In this document: piece after piece, positions 26,003-32,000 of the stretch
Numbering within the stretch: position 1 is the stretch's first letter
How the letters are laid out: the number at the start of each line of letters is the position of its first letter
Source: Thermodesulfobacteriota bacterium
GTDB lineage: Bacteria; Desulfobacterota; WTBG01; JAGOGO01
Assembly: GCA_026625185.1 (NCBI GenBank)
Contig: CP113000.1
Location: 2,295,622 to 2,327,621 of the forward strand
DNA length: 32,000 nucleotides
Reading direction: 5' to 3'
The notes under the pieces: model-generated
Database searches by the model: none
Told to the model about the DNA's origin: nothing
Seen by the model: the letters and a program-made list of their open reading frames with translations, nothing else
Position numbers and translations under genes: made by a program

Positions 26003-27400
26003 TTATACACCCCTACTGAGTAAAAGTTGGTTGATTCCCTTGAATATTTTACGTCTATTGATGGTGCCGTTTCGAATCTCACATATAGCTCTTCGAATAA
26101 GTTTCTTGCGGTGTTTCCAAAAGTTTACTTTGCGATTCGCTCGTTTCTGTAAGGATTCAAGCATACTTCTGTCAAACTCGGCTGTTTGGATAATTAGAAT
26201 CCCATGACCAATATCCTTTGAATATAGTCTGTTTTTTCTGACGTGTTCGTATAAAGGGCTTATAGGTAGCCCCACATAAATGTTAAACCAGGCAAACTCC
26301 AAACGCGGTTTCAATTCCGAGGCAAACGAAACGGTCTGTTCGATATCTTCCAAGGTCTCCCCAGGAAGACCAATAAGAAAGCTTGCACCTGCTCTCAATC
26401 CAATTTTTGAACATAGTTCAAAAGCCTTTCTAACTTGATCAAGTGTGATATCTTTCTGAATGTAGTTCAGCACTCTCTGAGATCCGCTTTCTACACCAAA
26501 CCACACAACCTCGCACCCAGACTCCTTCATTGATAAAAGCATTTTTTCGGAAACGGTATTAACCCTGCACTCACATTCCCACTTAACTTCAATTTTTCTC
26601 CTTCGAATTTCTTTACAAATCTCGATAACCCTTTGACTTTGCAATGTAAAAAGATCTTCCCTAAAGTAAATCCCTTTCGCACCGTAATCGCGCTGTAACA
26701 TTTCGATTTCATCGACAACATTTTGAGCATTCCTTGAACGATATTTTTTCCCAAAAGCCTTATTGTTGCTACAGAATCTGCACCGGTATGGGCATCCCCG
26801 TGATGTATTGACCGTAAATACCGGTAAGACATCCAACATGCTGCCGCTACCAAGATTATATTTGCTCATAGAAAACAGGTGTCGGGCGGGAAAAGGGAGT
26901 GAGTTAAGGTCCTCTATCAGTTCACGAGGAGAATTTACTACGGTTCTCCCATCCTGCCTAAAAGCAATTCCCTTTACCGTTTCAAAAGAAAGCCCTTCCG
27001 ATATTTTTTCAAGGAGTTCCACAATAGTTCTTTCGCCTTCTCCATAAACAGCTACATCAAAACAATTGTACTGCAGGGGGTAATCTATAAAAGCATTTGT
27101 ATGCGCACCGCCAATTACAACAATAATGTCATTCTTTATTTCTTTGATCTTTTGTGCCATATCAATTGCTCGCTGAAAAGAAATGGTGTCTGATGTTATA
27201 CCGACGATTTCAGGAGCAAGCACAGAGATCCTCTCTGCAAATGTTTCAAGAGTAAGACCTTCTGCAAGGACATCAATGATAAAGACTTCATGTATTTTTT
27301 CAAGTACTGCCGCAATATAGCCCAATCCCATGGGGAAAGAACAGTTGCCACCCATCCCATATACTTCCTCCGAACCAGGGTTAACTAACACAACGCGCAT
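26003..27400 (-). CDS. cobalamin (B12)-binding-domain radical SAM protein (class B type), second copy, divergent from the first
   Basis: MRVVLVNPG... N-terminal B12-type Rossmann domain (VVIGGAHTNAF) and CX3CX2C in NTSRGCPYRCRFCSNN. Confidence 0.85.
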   Translation of the reverse strand: MRVVLVNPGSEEVYGMGGNCSFPMGLGYIAAVLEKIHEVFIIDVLAEGLTLETFAERISVLAPEIVGITSDTISFQRAIDMAQKIKEIKNDIIVVIGGAHTNAFIDYPLQYNCFDVAVYGEGERTIVELLEKISEGLSFETVKGIAFRQDGRTVVNSPRELIEDLNSLPFPARHLFSMSKYNLGSGSMLDVLPVFTVNTSRGCPYRCRFCSNNKAFGKKYRSRNAQNVVDEIEMLQRDYGAKGIYFREDLFTLQSQRVIEICKEIRRRKIEVKWECECRVNTVSEKMLLSMKESGCEVVWFGVESGSQRVLNYIQKDITLDQVRKAFELCSKIGLRAGASFLIGLPGETLEDIEQTVSFASELKPRLEFAWFNIYVGLPISPLYEHVRKNRLYSKDIGHGILIIQTAEFDRSMLESLQKRANRKVNFWKHRKKLIRRAICEIRNGTINRRKIFKGINQLLLSRGV

Positions 27401-27484
27401 TGTATTATTTTCATCCTTTTTCTAAAAAGTTATTTAACATAGAGCATAAAACGATTATGAATAAAATGTAGCTAAAACCTTATG

Positions 27485-28204
27485 TCAAACACACCTTTGC
27501 GTTAAATATACCTGGTAAAGAAATAAGTTTGGAGATATTTTGCGCATAATCTTGGATAGAAAAAATGGTTTGAAGTATACGATATCAAATTCAAACACAT
27601 AAAATTGATGTGCCGCCAGATACTGATGCATTTTTGCGGGGGAAATCATTTTTTCAATTATTTGAGTAGAGCTTTTTTTTTTGAAAATGCAAATAAATTT
27701 ATGCAACAAAACAGCCCAATAATAAGGATTTGGAGTTGTAAGAATCAAATATCCTCCAGGTACAAGGACTCTTTTAAATTCGGAAAAAACTTTTTCAGGA
27801 TTCAAAACATGCTCTATTACTTCAGTGCAAACAACGATATCAAAGGTTACATCATCGTAAGGTATTTCTTCCGCCATACCTACTTTGGCATCTTCCAGTC
27901 TTTTTCTAGCCATCTCAATACTTTTATCTGAAATATCCACACCATGCACTTTGCCATAAACCTTGAGTCGCTCAGCCGCCATACCAGTACCACATCCTAC
28001 ATCCAAAATCTTGCAACCTGGAGTATGTATGTTTTTTACGAAGTTAAGAACTGACTGGTATCTTGCATCAAACTCACTTCTGGGACTATACTTGCCTGGT
28101 TCTGACGCAAGAAAATCGTTATAAAAGGCTTTTACTTTTTCAATATCCTCACGTGCATATAATTCTTTTTCTCTTCTCGCAGTCATTTTTTTGTGTCCAT
28201 TCAT
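27485..28204 (-). CDS. class I SAM-dependent methyltransferase
   Basis: ILDVGCGTGMAAERL (motif I), VHGVDIS and FDIVVCTEVIEHV. Alternative start at 28186. Either start overlaps the upstream GT4 3' end. Confidence 0.8.
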   Translation of the reverse strand: MNGHKKMTARREKELYAREDIEKVKAFYNDFLASEPGKYSPRSEFDARYQSVLNFVKNIHTPGCKILDVGCGTGMAAERLKVYGKVHGVDISDKSIEMARKRLEDAKVGMAEEIPYDDVTFDIVVCTEVIEHVLNPEKVFSEFKRVLVPGGYLILTTPNPYYWAVLLHKFICIFKKKSSTQIIEKMISPAKMHQYLAAHQFYVFEFDIVYFKPFFLSKIMRKISPNLFLYQVYLTQRCV

Positions 28205-29423
28205 GGTATAGTAGTAAAGTCAAACGCTCCTCTAATTTTTTTGCCATAATCTCAAAAGTTCTATTTTTAAGTATCCAATTCCTTCCACTTAAACCCATTG
28301 CTTTCGCTCGATCATTGTTTTCTATTAGCTTCTCCATTCCGGAAGATAAACCCACTATATTAAAAGGTACGGCAACCCCACCACCGCTTTGTTCCACAAC
28401 ATCTTTCTGCTCGGGAATCTCGAAATTAACCAAGACAGGTTTGCCCATAGCCATATATTCAAACAGCTTTATCGGTGAACTTAATTTATAGAAATCATAA
28501 GGAGGAACAGTGCAAATCCCGAAGTCCGAAGCAGCAATACACAATGGAACATCATTATGGGAAATTTGGCCCATAAAGAAAATGGATTTGTTTATCCCGA
28601 GTTTTTTTACGAGAGCCACGAGGTTCTCTTTGTCGTTACCTTCACCAACAAAAAGAAGCTTGGCCTTGCTGTTTTTCTGCAGGAGGATAGCGAAAGCTTT
28701 AATGAGAACATCTAAATGACGTGATTTTCCGAGAGAACCAACATAAATGAAAAGTTCATTCGAGCTAATACAAAAATTCTCTCGGACCAATTGCATGTTT
28801 TTTTGTCCGGAGAACCTATGGACATCAACTGCTTCTGGAAGAGAGAAAAAACGTCCTGTTCCTACATCCTGTTTCAATAAACGTTCCTCTAAGTACTTAC
28901 TGATAGGTATAATAAGATTTGAATGCTTAAGAAGCCATTCAACGATGATACGTTTGACTTTGGCAATTACATAATAAAAGATAATAGGCCTCTTACAATC
29001 AATTTTATATGATTCCCACTCCTGTTCGAGGGGGTTTCTGAGAACAAAAACAAAAGGTATTCTGTATTGCTTTGCCAAAATGTATCCTAAAAGGCCATCA
29101 ATAACATGACTTCGAAATATAATCAGGTCAAATTGATTCTTTTTAAAATACTGTTTAATGAATATTAGGCGCTTAAATATGGCAAAAACTTGTGCCATGT
29201 ATTTTAGAAGACTGTGTTTGTACACAAACCCATTGAGTGGGGTTGCAACTACTTTCGATCGTATATTCTCGATTATAATTTCGCTAGGTTTCTTATGTTC
29301 CTCAGATATAATAAACCAAGTCACTTCATGTCCGAAACAAATGAGATGATCTATTATCCCAACTTGCGGAACTATTCGAATCTGTCGAGAAAACTTAAGA
29401 GGGAGAAAAAAAGCGATCTTCAT
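28149..29423 (-). CDS. family 4 (GT-B) glycosyltransferase
   Basis: MKIAFFLPLKFS..., ...LFVGEGNDKENL..., SSPIKLFEYMAMGKPVLV (EX7E-type region). Confidence 0.85.
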   Translation of the reverse strand: MKIAFFLPLKFSRQIRIVPQVGIIDHLICFGHEVTWFIISEEHKKPSEIIIENIRSKVVATPLNGFVYKHSLLKYMAQVFAIFKRLIFIKQYFKKNQFDLIIFRSHVIDGLLGYILAKQYRIPFVFVLRNPLEQEWESYKIDCKRPIIFYYVIAKVKRIIVEWLLKHSNLIIPISKYLEERLLKQDVGTGRFFSLPEAVDVHRFSGQKNMQLVRENFCISSNELFIYVGSLGKSRHLDVLIKAFAILLQKNSKAKLLFVGEGNDKENLVALVKKLGINKSIFFMGQISHNDVPLCIAASDFGICTVPPYDFYKLSSPIKLFEYMAMGKPVLVNFEIPEQKDVVEQSGGGVAVPFNIVGLSSGMEKLIENNDRAKAMGLSGRNWILKNRTFEIMAKKLEERLTLLLYHEWTQKNDCEKRKRIICT

Positions 29424-29530
29424 GTCTCATATCTTGTGACTTTTTCGTAAAGCGTATATAAAATGCAAGGAAGTAGGACGTTTTTAGGATGGGATTAGAA
29501 CGATCTCACGAAAACAATCCTGAAGTCCCA

Positions 29531-30586
29531 TCAGCTAACCTGCCCGACAACCACATTTGATATTCGTTTAACAACCCACTCAATTGTTTCCTTCATACCG
29601 CTTTTTACGGTGTATGAAGGGTTAAAACCCAATAATTCTTTTACCCTGGAGATATCCGCCTGGGAATGCAGCACATCACCGGCACGGAAAGGGCCGTAGA
29701 TGGGTTCTACCGATTTTATTTTTTCGTCATATTCTCCGAGAAGATCTCGGATCATATAAAATAGTTCATTCAGTGTGGTCCTCTCGCCGACCGCTACATT
29801 GTAAACTTGGTTGATTGCTTCCTGTTTTTTGGTCGTTGCCGCAAGCATATTAGCCTGTATCACGTTTTCGATAGAGCAAAAGTCTCTGCTCGTTTCGCCG
29901 TCTCCATTGATGGTCGGTATTTTCCCGCTCATAAGCTCGTTGATCCAGCGGGGAATGACCGCCGCATACGCTCCCTGCGGATCCTGTCTGCGGCCAAAAA
30001 CGTTGAAATACCTGAGACCGACGCACTCCATTTTATACTGCCGGGCAAAGACATCGGCATAAAGTTCATTGACATACTTGGTTATTGCGTAGGGCGACAA
30101 CGGCTTTCCGATAATGTCCTCCTTCTTCGGCAGGCTCGGATGGTCTCCGTAGGTGGAAGAAGACGCGGCATAGACAAAACGGCTGATATTTGCATCCCGC
30201 GCAGCAACCAGTATATTCAAAAAACCGTCAATGTTCGACTGATTGGTACGGATCGGGTCTTCAATAGAGCGCGGAACACTGCCCAGGGCCGCCTGATGTA
30301 AAACAATATCAATATTCTCGCAGGCTGACCGGCAGGTATCGAGATCGCGAATATCTCCGTTGATAAACCTGAATCGAGACCACTGTTTTTCACTGACCAG
30401 AGATTTGACGTCGTCAAGATTTCGCTGGCGTCCGGTTGAGAAGTTATCCAGCCCGACAACCGTCTGGTCATGCAAAAGAAGATATTCCAGCAGATTGGAA
30501 CCGATAAAACCGGCTACGCCTGTGATGAGCCAGAGTTCAGATTTATTTTGAAAGATACTTTTTATTTGGTCGTTCAGATTATTCAT
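29531..30586 (-). CDS. NAD-dependent UDP-HexNAc(A) 4-epimerase of WbpP/TviC/WbgU type
   Basis: [19 protein letters not shown]...[18 protein letters not shown]...AASSSTYGD...[14 protein letters not shown]...[13 protein letters not shown]. The ATG at 30586 gives an N-terminal length like WbpP; a TTG at 30622 is the listed alternative. Confidence 0.85.
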   Translation of the reverse strand: MNNLNDQIKSIFQNKSELWLITGVAGFIGSNLLEYLLLHDQTVVGLDNFSTGRQRNLDDVKSLVSEKQWSRFRFINGDIRDLDTCRSACENIDIVLHQAALGSVPRSIEDPIRTNQSNIDGFLNILVAARDANISRFVYAASSSTYGDHPSLPKKEDIIGKPLSPYAITKYVNELYADVFARQYKMECVGLRYFNVFGRRQDPQGAYAAVIPRWINELMSGKIPTINGDGETSRDFCSIENVIQANMLAATTKKQEAINQVYNVAVGERTTLNELFYMIRDLLGEYDEKIKSVEPIYGPFRAGDVLHSQADISRVKELLGFNPSYTVKSGMKETIEWVVKRISNVVVGQVS

Positions 30587-30667
30587 TGGGGAATGAGAAA
30601 GGAAACGTTGGTTCTTAAACAAATTTATGCTTTCTTGGGTTTCTACGGTTTGTCTTGTTTATTGAGT

Positions 30668-31801
30668 TTATTGCTCAAGATACCATTTATAGGTTGTCTT
30701 TATTCCTTCTTCCAGTGTTATTTCCGGAGTCCAGCTGAGGGCTTTGATTTTGCTCACATCCAGCAATTTGCGCGGAGTGCCCTCTGGCTTGTCGATATCC
30801 CACTTTATATCACCCTGAAACCCTACGATGTCTTTTATCATATATGCGAGATCCTGTGTGGTGATGTCATTGCCGGTGCCTATGTTTATGAATTCTCCTA
30901 TATCTTTGAAATCGTATTTTTCCATAAGAAACAAGCATGCGCGGGCAAGGTCATCGACATAAAAAAACTCCCGGTAAGGCGCACCCGTGCCCCAGAGGTC
31001 AACAACCGTTAATTGTGAGGCGTGAGACGTGGGGCGTGAAGTGTAAACGGTTTTAATGCCGTATAGTGAAAGTTTTTCTGCGATATTTTTTTCGGTCGCC
31101 AGAGAAACATCAAAGCCTTTTAGCGGGTATTTTTCCAGATCCTTTTTTACCGCCTGAAAATTGCCATCAGACAGGCATTTTCCAAGATGCATTTTACGGA
31201 TGAGTGCGGGGAGAACATACAATGTCTGAAGATCAAAATTATCATTCGGCCCGTAGAGGTTTGTCGGGATGGCAGAGATGAAGTTGGTCCCGTACTGTTC
31301 GTTGTAATATCTGCAGAGCTTTATGGCGGCTATCTTGGGTATAGCATACGGTTCATTCGTGGGTTCAAGGACTCCTGTTAGAAGATAGTCCTCCTTCATG
31401 GGCTGGGACGCACATTTTGGATAGATGCAGGATGAACCGAGATTAAGAAGTTTTTTTACTCCGTATTCATAGCTCGCATGGATGAGGTTGGAAGCAATCA
31501 TAATATTTTCATAGATACAGTCTGCTTTATAAATACCACTATTATCACGGATGCCCCCCACGTTAGCAGCGCAGAGAAAGACGTAGTCGGGTCGTTCCTT
31601 TTCAAAATAGGCTTCCACTTCACTTTGTCGGATCAGATCGAGAGCAGAAAACTTGACTCGCGACTCTTGATTTGTAATTGGCGTTTTCCAAAAGCGGTTT
31701 GAAATTAAATTTCTATATCCTGAAGAAAGAAGTCTCTGGATGATAGCTGAGCCAACCATTTCGGTGCCGCCGGCGACAAAAATTTTATCGTTGAAGTTCA
31801 T
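30668..31801 (-). CDS. fcl: GDP-L-fucose synthase-like (GDP-4-keto-6-deoxymannose 3,5-epimerase/4-reductase family), long form with an insertion
   Basis: IFVAGGTEMVGSAI, LGSSCIYPK, EPTNEPYAIPKIA, PTNLYGPNDNF, DLWGTGAPYREFFYVDDLA and KPEGTPRKLLDVSK. About 60 extra residues lie between IRKMHLGK and DLWGTG. Confidence 0.85.
   Translation of the reverse strand: MNFNDKIFVAGGTEMVGSAIIQRLLSSGYRNLISNRFWKTPITNQESRVKFSALDLIRQSEVEAYFEKERPDYVFLCAANVGGIRDNSGIYKADCIYENIMIASNLIHASYEYGVKKLLNLGSSCIYPKCASQPMKEDYLLTGVLEPTNEPYAIPKIAAIKLCRYYNEQYGTNFISAIPTNLYGPNDNFDLQTLYVLPALIRKMHLGKCLSDGNFQAVKKDLEKYPLKGFDVSLATEKNIAEKLSLYGIKTVYTSRPTSHASQLTVVDLWGTGAPYREFFYVDDLARACLFLMEKYDFKDIGEFINIGTGNDITTQDLAYMIKDIVGFQGDIKWDIDKPEGTPRKLLDVSKIKALSWTPEITLEEGIKTTYKWYLEQ
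31014..31048. repeat. tandem heptamer tract (5 units, consensus CGTGARR) inside fcl
   Basis: Plus strand: TGTGAGG CGTGAGA CGTGGGG CGTGAAG TGTAAAC. Translated on the coding strand as VYTSRPTSHASQ. Confidence 0.6.
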
Positions 31802-31815
31802 AAAATTCCATAACT

Positions 31816-31850
31816 CGTAATTCGTAAGACGTGAAAGGTGAATTGTTCAA
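31816..31850. repeat. tandem heptamer tract related to the one in fcl, same orientation
   Basis: Plus strand: CGTAATT CGTAAGA CGTGAAA GGTGAAT TGTTCAA. Lies between the fcl start codon (31801) and the stop of the four-helix-bundle pseudogene (31847-31849). Confidence 0.55.
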
Positions 31851-32000
31851 TTGCTGCCACGCAGGTATCGTATTAGTCCATTGATCATTTGTTTTATTGC
31901 TGTGATTTTTTGAGTCAGCAAATCAATATCTTGGTCGGTGATTAAAACACGTTTCATGATAGGCTCCAAGAGATTAGTTTAATTGGTTTCATTTGTTCCA
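31847..32000 (-). pseudogene. four-helix-bundle (23S rRNA intervening-sequence protein family) gene remnant with an in-frame TAA; runs off the window
   Basis: Minus-strand frame reads GTNETN*TNLLEPIMKRVLITDQDIDLLTQKITAIKQMINGLIRYLRGSN*. It resembles the family C-terminus (...ET-x-YW-L-x-LL...GYI...L...E-h-x-K-M-L-x-G-L-I-x-x-L). The TAA at 31979-31981 sits where the family has a conserved Tyr. Confidence 0.45.

Noticed and set aside
10647-31702. Plus-strand ORFs across the glycan locus (for example 10647..10856, 11546..11902, 13808..14131, 14333..14548, 19285..19731, 19655..19960, 22715..22915, 23360..23608, 26763..27047, 27605..27931, 28063..28491, 29807..30301, 30470..31012, 31187..31381)
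   Set aside because: Each is antisense to a minus-strand gene with clear family motifs. None has a recognisable motif or a convincing RBS.
1-32000. CRISPR arrays, tRNA/rRNA genes and a cobalamin riboswitch near the B12-type radical SAM genes
   Set aside because: I saw no regularly spaced direct repeats, no cloverleaf-compatible GTTCRANNC-type T-arm sequences in the intergenic regions, and no long structured leaders upstream of the radical SAM genes. This was by eye only, so a covariance-model scan would be needed for certainty.

Overview
All family calls below were made by eye from motifs, with no HMM or BLAST run. The window looks like a moderate/low-GC bacterial genome with strong GGAGG-type ribosome-binding sites, and it splits into three blocks. 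Block 1 (1-3232, plus strand) holds an unassigned membrane protein, a fatty-acyl/thioester-reductase-like SDR, and a multi-pass sensor histidine kinase whose reading frame stops at its N-box, directly against an IS terminus. Block 2 (3233-10473) is an accessory island bounded by two unrelated IS3-family elements, both on the minus strand. The first element looks intact and has an A-rich -1 frameshift site. The second has a single in-frame TAG in orfB. Between them lie a 5'-truncated tail-fibre-like protein with a Peptidase_S74 intramolecular-chaperone domain, a rho-independent terminator, and a tightly packed six-gene plus-strand cassette. The cassette encodes a Cys4 mini-protein, an unknown small protein, an RHH-like regulator, a small coiled-coil protein, a DUF932 protein, and an orphan DNA polymerase III beta-clamp paralogue with an acidic C-terminal tail. 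Block 3 (10607-31801, all minus strand) is a Wzx/Wzy-type surface-glycan locus. It encodes an fcl-like GDP-fucose synthase, a WbpP-like 4-epimerase, four glycosyltransferases, two cobalamin-type radical SAM proteins and two class I methyltransferases. It also encodes a Wzx flippase, a Wzy-like polymerase, a dTMP-kinase-like P-loop protein and an alkaline-phosphatase-superfamily enzyme. A PglE/PglC/PglF-like trio for a 4-amino-4,6-dideoxy-HexNAc initiating sugar closes the locus. The window ends with a heptamer tandem-repeat tract and a four-helix-bundle (23S rRNA IVS-type) pseudogene. A related heptamer tract is translated in frame inside fcl. I saw no rRNA, tRNA or CRISPR array.
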